Source: Eledone cirrhosa
Taxonomy: Eukaryota
Direction: 5' to 3'
Length of the DNA stretch: 64,000 nucleotides
NCBI GenBank assembly: GCA_964016885.1
Contig: OZ024753.1
Span: 39,370,001 to 39,434,000 of the forward strand
A program made the translations under genes and the position numbers. Positions 46,278-59,874 of the stretch are shown in pieces. Every line of letters starts with the position of its first letter. Position 1 is the first letter of the stretch. The notes below the pieces were generated by a model that did no database searches, was not told the DNA's origin, and worked only from the letters and a program-made list of their open reading frames with translations.

Positions 46278-46296
46278 ATATATATTATATATAGAT

Positions 46297-46343
<47 letters not shown>

Positions 46344-46350
46344 ATATATA

Positions 46351-46420
<70 letters not shown>

Positions 46421-46596
46421 CATATATATGAATAAGGTAAGCCCAATTCATAGTAGATTCAAATATCACAGAGAGAAAGAGAGAGAGGGGGGTGATGAGG
46501 TGCAACAGAAATGAAACATGGATTACAGGTTAAAATATAGTCTAGATAGATGAGAAACAAAACGAGGATGTAGTTTATAGAACACCCAAATGATTT

Positions 46597-47023
46597 AGAA
46601 GTCGACCTTAAGTAAGAACAACAACATTAAGAAAGACATGAACGACATGTTTTGATAATTTTGAAAGTAGGTTTATAAGTATGAATTTCAGTAGAATCTT
46701 GTAGATGTCTCAGTGGCCTATCTGTAGGTGCTAGAGACGGCGGAGTGCCTGGTCTTGGGTTCAATCCTGGTTGACAGGTGCATGTAAACATTTTCAGTTT
46801 TTATTTTACATCCCATAGAAAAGAACTGAAAAGGTTTTACGGGGAACCTACTCCCGACCAGGATCACCACCGTCTATGATTCCTCCAGCTAGGCCGCCAA
46901 GACAACTACAAAAGTATAATGAAAATTAATAATTATAAACCTACTTTCAAAATCAAAGTTAAAACGTGGTGGTGTCGTTCATAGCTTTCCTAGAGCTATT
47001 AGCCCTATTTAGGGTCGACTTCT
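46597..47023. other. ~430-nt imperfect rod-like inverted repeat containing a tRNA-like Pol III promoter
   Basis: Nested complementary blocks AGAAGTCGACC/GGTCGACTTCT, ATGAACGACA/TGTCGTTCAT, TTTTGAAAGTAGGTTTATAA/TTATAAACCTACTTTCAAAA, CCTGGTC/GACCAGG, TTTTCAGTT/AACTGAAAA. A-box-like TGGCCTATCTG at 46714 and B-box GGTTCAATCC at 46758. Confidence 0.7.
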
Positions 47024-47109
47024 CAATCTTCTGGCTCTTTGGTAACAACCTAATTATTCCTATGTGTGTTTAACTGTTGAATTAATTTAATTTGATTATT
47101 TTAAGAAAC

Positions 47110-47163
47110 ATGGCTACCTGGTGATTTCTCCCGAATGAAACAGTTCTAGTCCTGTAGAAGCCA

Positions 47164-47164
<1 letters not shown>
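47110..47164 (+). ncRNA. Family B hammerhead variant (one core mismatch)
   Basis: ATGGCTAC-CTGGTGA-TTTCTCCCGAAT-GAAACAG-TTCTAGTC-CTGTA-GAAGCCAT; stem I covaries relative to GAGATTC/GAATCTC. Confidence 0.7.
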
Positions 47165-47247
<83 letters not shown>

Positions 47248-47340
47248 TGTTGGCTGAAAATTGATTGAGAAAATTTGAAATTTTAAAAATTTTGTTTTGG
47301 TCGATTACATTCAAAGTATTATGTACATGTCTGTGTGTGT

Positions 47341-47428
<88 letters not shown>

Positions 47429-48181
47429 ATGTGTTTGTGTGCGTGTGTACGCAGCGAGAGAGAGGGAGTACGAGAGAGTGAGACATGTATCTTTATATAA
47501 TTAAAATAGCGACTATTTACTAAATATTTCCTTACATTATAAATTATTTCCTTTCAAATATATGAAGCAATAATCTATCAGGGTGGACATTTACTTGGGT
47601 ATAATATAATAACGTCTATAATAATCTATATTTTATCTTTTAATTCACTGCAACCCAAGCAAACGCATCGATTAGGAACAATTTGCCCGAAACATAAAGC
47701 AAAATACTAAACGACATACGTATGTATAATTTGAACCGTCTAAATTGTCCTAGTCTAGGTATTCGTGAGAAAAGTAAGAAATAAAAAGAAGACAGATCTA
47801 TTAGTACTTATGATTTATTATCCAATTTCCAAGTTCTAACTAATGGTTCTTAAGATTATTTTATAGCTCACACTCCCCCCCCCCCCCCATTATCTCTCTT
47901 TCTTTCTTTTTTTGAAACATTATTTTGAAGAACGATCAAATTCGGATCTTCATTTAACATCATAATGTGACACAGACTACAACTAGCGTCTAGCTAGCGT
48001 GTTCTCTTGTTAATAGTATATGTAAATGGGGCTGTTTCTCTTTAGATACAAACAATAAGAAGTTCAAATTATCACAAACAAAACTCGAAAACAGTTTTCT
48101 TTAATTTGACTAAAGAAATCTGCATGAATAATAGAATTCATTCCGATTTAGCTAAAGAAGAAATATTTAGAATTACGACTT

Positions 48182-48218
<37 letters not shown>

Positions 48219-48222
48219 GATA

Positions 48223-48275
48223 TATGGTTCACCTAGCTTCTTACCAAACTTTCCTTGTTCTTATATATATATATG

Positions 48276-48307
<32 letters not shown>

Positions 48308-48463
48308 TAAGAACAAGGAAAGTGTGGTAAGATGCTAGGTGAACCATAACGCACCAGAATACTCGATACTTAGAGTAGTAGAGTGGGTAATAGGAAATGA
48401 GTCAGTTCGGATCTAGATGTCGAAACGGCCGTCGCTCGGCCGTCGCGGGGTCTTGACTCTTTT

Positions 48464-48467
<4 letters not shown>
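48223..48467. mobile_element. Family A variant: two tails facing across (TA)n, plus an inverted HHR 3' half
   Basis: 48223-48262 is the reverse complement of 48308-48348; CGAAAC-GGCCG-TCGCT-CGGCC-GTC at 48421. Confidence 0.7.
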
Positions 48468-48513
<46 letters not shown>

Positions 48514-48526
48514 TATATATATATAT

Positions 48527-48610
<84 letters not shown>

Positions 48611-48616
<6 letters not shown>

Positions 48617-49085
48617 AAGGTTTAGCAAATAATGAAAAAGTTTCAAAATAAATTTTAAAAAATTGACTTTACCTACTATAGTTACCTTTACCGGTCGGTT
48701 TCGAATCCCATCGGCCCTTGATAAACCTGTTTCTACATCATCCACTCTCATCCCAGGAACAGTTTTGATAGCGCTAGTTCGTAATTTAAATTCAGGAATT
48801 TTATATTCTTCGAATGAAAAGAACCTTCTGACGAGAATCTTTCTTTGCAACGAAGGCCGTATGGTCTCCGTTTATTTTGGGGATTCGAAACCGATCGGTA
48901 AAGGTAACTATAGTAGGTAAAGTCAATTTTTTAAAATTTATTTTGAAACTTTTTCATTATTTGCTAAACCTTGTTTATATTTGTTCTGGCTCGTTAATTT
49001 ATTAACCTGCCATTGAACCACACTGGCATTTGGTTGGACAATACATGCGTACCTTAGCGCCTTGTGCGTGAAGGAACACATATCC

Positions 49086-49090
<5 letters not shown>
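48611..49090 (+). mobile_element. PLE-like pLTR fragment with inverted 5' arm (48611-48708), in (TA)n
   Basis: The ~97-bp arm is the reverse complement of 48880-48978; a unique tail follows. Confidence 0.8.
48823..48905 (+). ncRNA. Type I hammerhead ribozyme with a long stem II loop
   Basis: ACCTT-CTGACGA-GAATCT..GGATTC-GAAAC-CGATCG-GTA-AAGGT; palindromic ACCGATCGGT. Confidence 0.85.
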
Positions 49091-49136
<46 letters not shown>

Positions 49137-49139
<3 letters not shown>

Positions 49140-49538
49140 AGGGAGTGTAACTTGGAGTTACTGTAGGTTCACCCGGGTGAGCACTCGATGTTTAGGTTCA
49201 CTTCAGTGTCGAGGTGTAGAGTTATACAGAGTGTATTATATTGAAAAGATAACAAGGACGATTGGTTACTCCTTCATTACATTTATTGGTAGGTGACGCG
49301 CGTTTCGCCACTGATCAGCTCAAGGTTCGATCGGTATCGATCTTACCCGACTCTATAATCCGCAGCTCGACGGACCCCTTAAAATGCTAGTAGAATTTTC
49401 TACAAAGCATTTTAAAGGGTTCGTCGAGCTGCGGATTATAGATACCGATCGAACCTTGAGCTGATCAGTGGCGAAACGCGCGTCACCTTCCAATAAATGT
49501 AATGAAGGAGTAACCAATCGTCCTTGTTATCTTTTTCA

Positions 49539-49545
<7 letters not shown>
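49137..49545 (-). mobile_element. TA-flanked element with a ~300-bp fold-back; HHR 3' half in both arms
   Basis: Arms ~49237-49392 and 49400-49543; CGAAAC-GCGC-GTC-ACCT; the CUGANGA half is absent. Confidence 0.75.
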
Positions 49546-49589
<44 letters not shown>

Positions 49590-49630
49590 GATCCGAAGGC
49601 ATGGTATAATACACCTTACTATATAACAAC

Positions 49631-49728
<98 letters not shown>

Positions 49729-50074
49729 AGTGTCATGTATGCTTGTGTCTACATGTATCACCACGCTCACCTCGTTCCATTTTCCACGGAGCTGGTTTCG
49801 TTCCGACTAATTGAACTGTCATTAATAATGACAATGTATTAGTTTTACTGACATGTGCACAGAAATGCAAATAGGCTGTTCAGGCAGATATTTATATTAT
49901 TAGGGTCGCTCCAGTCATTAAACAGTTCAATCAATACGTCACAACACTACAACGGTCAATAGATTTCGGTATGACCACAAGTACTGACAGCAGCACACAT
50001 ACACAAACCCACACACACACGTTCAGCCACATCCTCAGACTCACGTACGCATATAACACATACTCATCTATCTA

Positions 50075-50112
<38 letters not shown>

Positions 50113-50121
50113 TATATATAT

Positions 50122-50221
50122 GGAAATGTGGTAAGGAACCAGGTGGACCATAACGCACCAAAGTACTCAATACTTGAGGTAGTAGAGTGGGTAATAGGAA
50201 CCAGTAAGACCCCCACTGGTT

Positions 50222-50225
<4 letters not shown>
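50122..50225 (-). mobile_element. Family A short copy with a mini fold-back
   Basis: TAGGAACCAGT-AAGACCCC-ACTGGTTCCTA. Confidence 0.8.
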
Positions 50226-50270
<45 letters not shown>

Positions 50271-50274
<4 letters not shown>

Positions 50275-50323
50275 TTCTACAGGACTAGAACTGTTTCATT
50301 CTTTAGAAATCATCAGGAATCTC
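50271..50323 (-). ncRNA. Type I hammerhead ribozyme
   Basis: GAGATTC-CTGATGA-TTTCTAAAGAAT-GAAACAG-TTCTAGTC-CTGTA-GAATCTC. Confidence 0.85.
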
Positions 50324-50324
50324 T

Positions 50325-50377
50325 GAGATTCCTGATGATTTCTAAAGAATGAAACAGTTCTAGTCCTGTAGAATCTC
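50325..50377 (+). ncRNA. Type I hammerhead ribozyme
   Basis: Identical motif on the plus strand. Confidence 0.85.
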
Positions 50378-50975
50378 ATCTATATTAAAACTTTTATACT
50401 CTGCAATGTATTGAGTACCTTACTTACTGTGGTTACCTCCGATTCAACCCGGAATAACGTATTATATATATATATATAAAACTAAGTTACATATGTAAGT
50501 ATGTATATATATATATATATGTGTATATATTGTAGTTAATAACCCTCCACATCATATCTAGATAGCACAATACCATTATAGGGAAAAATTAGTTACTATA
50601 TTTAGAAAGAGAGCAAGATTGTGTTTTTATATGAGAAAAATACGAATTGAAATTCATAATAAACTCAACAGTCGAAGTGAAGAAACAACTAAATAAAGAA
50701 AAACACCATTTTGAAAAAAACAGCAGTATGTTTCTTGGTGAAGCGATTTCTCCATTTATTGACTAAAAATGAAGTATATAAGACTTTTTATATGATTAAT
50801 TATATATAATTTATTATAGTTTAGATTTCTACTTGCTATGCTATGCTAATATTTATATTAGACCTCTTTCGAATAAAGTTTTGAATTTAGGCATAAAGTG
50901 CACCAAAATATTTATAGTTGTTCTAAGATGTTCTATAAGTAAAAACAAAGTTTGAGAACCCAGTGTGTAGATGCT

Positions 50976-51215
50976 GGCTGGGTATATAGATAGACTTAGA
51001 GACTGGACATATAGATATGGGCTGGGTATATAGATAGACATATAGATATTGGCTGGGTATATAGATATACTTAGAGACTGGACATATAGATATGGGCTGG
51101 GTATATAGATAGACATATAGATATTGGCTGGGTATATAGATAGACTTAGAGACTGGACATATAGATATTGGCTGGGTATATAGATAGATATTTATAGGGA
51201 GAGAGGCTGGATATA
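50976..51215. repeat. 75-bp minisatellite (~3 units)
   Basis: Units start at 50976, 51051 and 51126. Confidence 0.8.
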
Positions 51216-51625
51216 TAGATAGACAGACACTGCGATGGTGTTGAGTAGATATAATGTTAATCAGATAAAATATGTAGATCTTAGCTGGATCTATAGTTAG
51301 ATAAATAGTTAGATAAATAGATAGATAGATAAACAGAGAGATAGATAGATAGAGAGATAGATAGATAGACTTCAACTCTATAATTTGAGTAAAGACGGAA
51401 GTTCAAATACATTTTATGTATATTTAATTACCTATATTCTACTTTATGCGATGCTAATATATATAAATACCTTTTTGAATAAATGTTCGAATTTAAGTAC
51501 AAAGTTAGCCAAAATAGTTTTACTTCGTTTTAAAGTGTGCCGTGTGTAGAAAAAAATTTTGAGGAACTGGCATGTTAAAATGAAGTTGTAAATGGATTGA
51601 AAGATTGAGTTGCTGAGAGGGAGTG

Positions 51626-51727
<102 letters not shown>

Positions 51728-51806
51728 ATATATATATAATATATATATATAATATACATAAATATATACATGTATATATAAATATAAATATATGTATATA
51801 TATATG

Positions 51807-51839
<33 letters not shown>

Positions 51840-51898
51840 GTATATATATATATAATATATATGTATGTATATATATATATATGTGTATATATATATAC

Positions 51899-51946
<48 letters not shown>

Positions 51947-52062
51947 AAATATATATATTTATATATATATGTATATATATATACACATATATATATATAT
52001 ACATACATATATATATATACATATATATATATATACATATATATTTATACATATATATATAC

Positions 52063-52120
<58 letters not shown>

Positions 52121-52166
52121 TATATATATATATATAAATATATATATCTATATATATATATATATC

Positions 52167-52216
<50 letters not shown>

Positions 52217-53783
52217 AACCGAGGCCACAAAATGAACATTAGAGTTATCTAACGTGTCATCGTACTGAGGTGGCGCTGCTGTACACGATACTTTGACACG
52301 ACACCCGCATCGCACTAATTGCAATAATATAGCTTTCAATTTTTTTTATCATTATTTTTTCTCTATTTTTTTCCTCAATTTTTAATCTTTCCTATCTTCA
52401 TTTCCTACGTCTTGTTTTACATATCTTTCTCAGCCATTAAATCCATCGTTTACAACATTGTCACTTACAATTCCTCTCCCTTCCTCACCCACTCTCACCC
52501 TCTCTCTTCTCTATTTCCCTCACTCTTCTCTTTTTCCCTCACTCTTCTCTTTTTCCCTCTATCTTCCCTATTTCCCTCTCCTCTTTTTCCACTCTGTTCT
52601 CTCTTTTCCCTCTCTCTTCCCTATTTCCCTCTCTCTTCTCTTTTCTCACTCTCTTCTCTCTTTTCCCTCTCTCTTCTTTCTATTTTTCCTCTCTCTTCTC
52701 TTTTCCATCTCTCTTCTCCCTTTTCCCCTCTCTCCTTCTCTCTTCTCTCTTTCATTCTCTATTCTCTCTTTCCCCCCTATCTTCTATTTTTCCTTCTCTT
52801 CCCTCTCTCACTCGTTCTTGAAATATATCTCTCTCAATCTATCTCAGTATATCTCTCTCAATCTATCTCAGTATATCTCTCTAAATCTATCTATCCATCT
52901 CTCTCCTTCTCGCACTCCTAAACTCTCGTGCACTCTCGCACTTTCGCACTCTTCACATTTTTACTCCCATTAAATCATCACTCATAGATATCACACACTA
53001 CAAACTTTAACATCCTTTCATCCCACACTTCTCCCTCTGCTTCCATTAAAACCCACCCTTCATCTATAGGTTCTGCTATACACCATACATCCATCCATAC
53101 ACACAGCTATCTATCCCATCCATCCATCCATACATCCATCTATCCATCTATCCATCCATCCATACATCCATACATCTACCCATCCATCCATCTATCTATC
53201 CATTTAACCATCCTTACCATCCCTCCTTACCATTCCTATGTTTACTCCAACAACCCCGCCCATACCTATACAGTCAGCCACCATTATCCCATTTCAATAA
53301 ACATCGTCCTTATCACATTTTCCACCATATTTTCTCAACTTTGCTTTGTTCCCACCTCCTTCATTTCGCTTTGTTTCATCTTCTCCACCTCCCACCGCCT
53401 CCTCTTATGGTAGATTTCACTTCACTGGGTTCTAAAGCAGAGCAAGGCAAAGCAATTCGTTTATCATTTCAGTAAGAAGTCTCTAATTAAAGTTCAACAT
53501 AGATAGATAGTTTTACACTTACACACATACATAAATGTACACACATACATGTACATACTCGTACACATACGGACATACACACAGAGACACACAGGGACAC
53601 AATCGCAGATGCTGATAGAGTAATAGAGAGAGAAAATGACATATACACACACACACATACACACACGTACAATCACACTCACTTACATACATACATACAT
53701 CGATACATAGATACAAACATACATACATACCTACATATATATATATATACGTATATTTATATATATGTATGTATGTATATGTA

Positions 53784-53900
<117 letters not shown>

Positions 53901-54179
53901 ACATACATATATACATATATACATACATACATATATACTCCCACGGATACACATACACACACACACACACACACATACAGATGAGGGAGTGAGGGGATGA
54001 GAATTACATTGGCCACATATACTAACCCCTTTCATTTTTCGTATCACTTTAAAAATCGTCTGATTTAAATTAAGAAATCATTTGATTCTCTCAACCATAT
54101 TTTGATGTCCTCTTTTATTTCTATATTTATTTATGTATATATTTCTATCTCTATTTATTTATTTGTGTGTGTATCTTAT

Positions 54180-54307
<128 letters not shown>

Positions 54308-54480
54308 GTATGTTTGTATGTATGTATGTATTGTAACCAACGGTGCAGCAACTGACAACAGACACGCAACGAAGATTTTGAAAGGCTTTAAGATTTTAAG
54401 GTTTTCCACCATATTTTTCCTTCCAGAACCAAAAAGGAACATAATCGTTTTTAAACTTTCAACTTCTCCATTAATGTATG

Positions 54481-54532
<52 letters not shown>

Positions 54533-54537
54533 CATAC

Positions 54538-54634
<97 letters not shown>

Positions 54635-55098
54635 TGTGTGTGTGTCTTGTTGTTTTTCTTGTTGATGTCTTCTAAGTACAAAATGTAGAATATATTTTAT
54701 ATTATACATCCATTGAACTTTTCTTCTAACAACATCAGAGGCATGGTCTAGATATTTTCAAGTACTTCTGTTGTATGTAGTGTGTATACAGAAGTCAATT
54801 ATGTGGCAAAATGTTGGGAGTACTGTAGAGTAAAATAAACGTGTGTTGTTAAATTCGAGTACTCATTTGAACCACCTTTTCTCTGGTAAGAATGCGTGTT
54901 AGATACCAATGGGTACAGATCTCATCGCATAGTAGTCTGGTTAAAAACGTTAGCCCTTCAAACCAAAGAAACAAATATTCCTGGTACGGCTTCGTTGTAG
55001 TAACTGGTCTTAATAATTATATTAAAATTCTTCCTACGGACTTGAGCGGCTCTCTACCTTCGATTTCACTACCAAATTATTACCATTATATATATATA

Positions 55099-55286
55099 AG
55101 GGCGGTGGATTGGCAGTATCAGTAGAGAGCCGGACGCCATGCTTTCCAGCATAGTTACGTCCCTTTACGGTCTGAGTTCAAATCCCGTCGAGGTTAACTT
55201 TGCCTTTCATCCTTACGGGGTCGATAAAATAAAGTACCAGTAATGCACTGAGTAATTGCTGGCCTTGTGCCTAAAGTAGAAACAAT
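55099..55286 (+). mobile_element. Octopus-type SINE, short subfamily
   Basis: GGCGGTGGATTGGCAGTATC head, B-box and core. Confidence 0.85.
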
Positions 55287-55410
55287 TATATATATATATA
55301 TATCCAGTAAAACATTTCTTCATACCTATGAGCTGGGATGCCAATTTGGTAACATCAGGAGTAAGAATGAGAAAGGTCTCTACTTTCGGAGTGTGTAGAT
55401 ACGATGAAGA

Positions 55411-55444
<34 letters not shown>

Positions 55445-55447
<3 letters not shown>

Positions 55448-55625
55448 CTAAGGAAATGTGGTAAGGAACCAGGTGGACCATAACTCACCAAAGTACTCAA
55501 TACTTAGGGTAGTAGAGTGGGTAATAGGAACCAGTAAGACCCCGACGGCTGAGCTCAAGCCGTTTCGACGGCTAATTCTGGCCGAAACGGCTTGAGCTCA
55601 GCCGTTGGGGACTTACTGGTTCCTA
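55445..55625 (-). mobile_element. Family A element with fold-back palindrome
   Basis: Arms 55525-55625 with the HHR 3' half; the centre is shorter than in the other copies. Confidence 0.8.
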
Positions 55626-55671
55626 TATATATATATATATATACAATAGTTATATATATATATACAATAGT

Positions 55672-55699
<28 letters not shown>

Positions 55700-55704
<5 letters not shown>

Positions 55705-56145
55705 AAATGTGTGTAATCCTTGGTACAGTTAGGTATATTAAGACAGTGGGGAAGAAAAAATGCCCTCACTTGTGCTTTCAACAAATTTATTTTCTTCACA
55801 AAATCCAAAAAGAATTTTTCTTAAAAAAAAAAATTATTTTATAAATTAAGTTGTTGGTTGTTGGTTAGGTCTTAGGAGTTCTTGGTTAACGTAGGAGGTA
55901 TTGTTTCGTTTTTAGAAAGACCTTTGACGCTTGTCAAACTGTTTGACAAGCGCACCTCAGCGTGAAAGGTCTTTCTAAAAACGAAACAATACCTCCTACG
56001 TTAACCAAGAACTCCTAAGACCTAACCAACAACCAACAACTTAATTTATAATATAATTTTTTTTTTTAAGAAAAATTCTTTTTGGATTTTGTGAAGAAAA
56101 TAAATTTGTTGAAAGCACAAGTGAGGGCATTTTTTCTTCCCCCCC

Positions 56146-56150
<5 letters not shown>
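55700..56150 (-). mobile_element. TA-flanked element with ~190-bp inverted arms
   Basis: 55741-55930 versus 55959-56150; the centre holds the hairpin CGCTTGTCAAA-CTG-TTTGACAAGCG. Confidence 0.75.
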
Positions 56151-56182
<32 letters not shown>

Positions 56183-56659
56183 TGAGTTATGGTCCATCTC
56201 GTTCCTTACCACACTTCCTTCGTATATATATAATTGTAATTTGATACATTCATTCGAAAAGAAGAGATTTAGGCTTGGTACTGTAATTTTAAAAAGTCAT
56301 CTCATCATCTCATCTGTTCTACACTCGGATTTTTTGGGGTTGTAATAACACTCATCATCTCAACAGACGAAAGCCCAACAGATACTCATATTTATTAGGC
56401 AAACCTATGCTAAAGTATGTATGAGGCCAGTTGCAGGAAAGCAGTAGATATGCTATAATATTTATTTAGCTTTGTCCAACCTTTTTATTGCTATTTTCTG
56501 CTTTGATATGAATCATTCGTTCAATTTATTCTACAGGAATACAAAATATTGGTATCACACCATGACTGCGGTCTGTCGTAACAATCAGCAGACTATGTCA
56601 TTATAGTAACGAGAATACACAGATAGATATGTCTGTGTGTATGTATATGTGTATGTCTG

Positions 56660-56695
56660 TGTGTATGTATATGTGTATACATGTACATATACATA

Positions 56696-56764
<69 letters not shown>

Positions 56765-57491
56765 ATATACGTATATATACGTATATACATGTATATGATT
56801 ATATATATATATATGCATGCGTATGTATGTATATTTGTATACATGTACATATACGTATGCATATATATATATATACATGTATATATACGTATATACATGT
56901 ATATGATTATATATATATATATGCATGCGTATGTATGTATATTTGTATACATGTACATATACGTATGCATATATATATATATACATGTATATATACGTAT
57001 ATACATGTATATGATTATATATATATATATGCATGCGTATGTATGTATATTTGTATACATGTACATATACATATGCATATATATATATATATATACATGT
57101 ATATATACGTATATACATGTATATGATTATATATATAAATGCATGCGTATGTATGTATATTTGTATACATGAACATATACATATGCATATATATATATAT
57201 ACATGTATATATACGTATATACATGTATATGATTATATATATATATATGCATGCGTATGTATGTATATTTGTATACATGTACATATACATATGCATATAT
57301 ATATATATACATGTATATATACGTATATACATGTATATGATTATATATATATATATGCATGCGTATGTATGTATATTTGTATACATGTACATATACGTAT
57401 GCATATATATATATATACATGTATATATACGTATATACATGTATATGATTATATATATAAATGCATGCGTATGTATGTATATTTGTATACA

Positions 57492-57534
<43 letters not shown>

Positions 57535-57601
57535 ATATACGTATATACATGTATATGATTATATATATAAATGCATGCGTATGTATGTATATTTGTATAC
57601 A

Positions 57602-57666
<65 letters not shown>

Positions 57667-57770
57667 ATATACGTATATACATGTATATGATTATATATAT
57701 ATATGCATGCGTATGTATGTATATTTGTAAACATGTACATATACGTAAGCATATATATATATATATATAT
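56660..57770. repeat. ~108-bp alternating purine-pyrimidine minisatellite
   Basis: GCATGCGTATG recurs at 56815, 56923, 57031 and onward. Confidence 0.85.
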
Positions 57771-57824
57771 GTATGTATATGTCTTTAATTATATATATGT
57801 CTATAATTATATATGGATATATAA

Positions 57825-57864
<40 letters not shown>

Positions 57865-57871
57865 GTATGTG

Positions 57872-57953
<82 letters not shown>

Positions 57954-58529
57954 CATACCTAAACATACATAGATACATACAAATATTTATACATATATAC
58001 ATTCACGCATAGACATTCACTGACACCTCCACACGCATACACAGATATATATGTGTATGAGTGTGGAGAGAGAGAGAGAGGGGGAGAGACAGAGACAGAG
58101 AGAGAAACAGAGAGAGAGGGGGGAGGAGAGATGTAGGGAAGAAACGATAAAATGATGCAATAATTCCTATGTATGAGAAAGCTTGACGAAAAAAGGTAAG
58201 ATTTATTGCAAGTTGTAGAGGATAGAATATAGAGAGACAGAGAGGATTTAGAGAGGAAGTTATATCACAACCTTGGAGAGAGAGAGTGAGGGAGGAAAGG
58301 AGAGAGAAAAGTACCAGTCTAGTACTGGGGTCGATTCTTCTTCTATATCTCTTTCTCATTTCTATTATTTCACTCTCTTTGTCCTTCTCTAGAAGACATA
58401 AGACATCTGTTGTATTCAGACCTAAAGAGGAATGGGCTCCGCCATGTTTAGAAATGCGCTAGAAACACCATATCTCAATATGGTGCCCCTACTACTCTAC
58501 TAAGTGTTACAGAACTATACTAACCCTTT

Positions 58530-58965
58530 AAGAACCATGAGAGTATCTTGGTGAGGCTATAAATAAGTGGTGATAGAGCTGTGAAATATTGCATGCATGA
58601 ATTTCGATTCTTCTTATTAATAATTGCTTTATTTCCTTCATGGAACTATGTTAAAAAATAAGCCTCATTTGGTCATTCCATGAGAGTATCTTGGTCAGCC
58701 TATAAATGATTGATGCTAGAGCTGTGAAATATTGCATGAATTAATTTCAATTCTTCTTATCAATAACTGCATTTTTTCTTTCCAGGGACTATGTTGAAAA
58801 ATAAAGCAAATTTGGTTATTCCATGAGAGTATCTTGGACTGCCTATGAACTTATTAATAACTGCATTGTTTACTTCCAGGGACTATGTTGGACATTAAAC
58901 CCTATTTTTGTCATTCCATGGGAGTAACTTGGACAACCTATGGACATTTCAGCCGACCCTTGTAA
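58530..58965. mobile_element. Mariner-type non-autonomous remnant with ~140-bp internal tandem repeats
   Basis: Repeated CATGAGAGTATCTTGG, ending in the TIR-like TTTCAGCCGACCCTTGTA; related to 39024-39200. Confidence 0.55.
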
Positions 58966-59405
58966 ATACGATTTTGTTGTGTGAATATGTTAACTACCTG
59001 ATAGAAAATATACAGAAATTATCAGCTTCATTTTACGATTTTACGATCTCATCGACATTGCTCTAGCATGATGTTCTAAGCGGCATGTAATCCCCATGGA
59101 GTAGCCAATAAAAATGAGTTCTATCACTAGTTGCTATCTTTGGCAGCTTACTAGATATCATGTAACTCGAGTGCTATCTCGATTTTCATTGAAGCAGACG
59201 ACACATATCCAGGATTGAAAATGGCTGGAAACAATTCACTGAACACTAAATAGCAAGAAAGATGATGTCTCCATAACTCCGTGTGTATATGTGTGTGTGT
59301 GTGTCTATGTGTGTGTGTGTGTGTGTATGTGTGTGTGTGAGAGAGAATATTGCAGTGAATAATAAATAATGATATATATGCATATATATACATATATATA
59401 TATGC

Positions 59406-59470
<65 letters not shown>

Positions 59471-59874
59471 ATATATATATATACATATATATACATATAT
59501 ATACATATATATATATATGTATTTATATGTATATATATATATACACATATATATCACATATTTAGAGAGAGGGAGAGAGGTGTGGTGGATGAAGGAGGAT
59601 TAGTTAGAGAGACGGGAGGACAAGAGACAACACACAAATACACGTAATCGATACTACGATTTATCTTTGATTAGTTTGTCACGTGATTATGCAATGCAGT
59701 AGGGGGTTGGATGTGAGGAAATGCAGGGAGGGAGTGAGGGAGAGAGGAAGGGAGACAACTGAAGGGAATATCCGATGATAGTATGGGGATTCCATGAAAC
59801 ATAAGGGAAAGATCACGTTTAGAATAGTCTAGATAAATCTAGTTGGAACCAGATACTGTCTAGATGTTGAGATG

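Larger units (their letters stand above)
50269..50460 (+). mobile_element. Family B fragment with a perfect palindromic double hammerhead
   Basis: Perfect inverted repeat 50271-50377 around T50324, plus a tail. Confidence 0.85.

Noticed and set aside
48413-48920. ORFs spanning the palindromic element
   Set aside because: They run through an inverted arm, an HHR and a TA tract, with no RT or GIY-YIG motifs. No autonomous PLE ORF is visible anywhere in the window.
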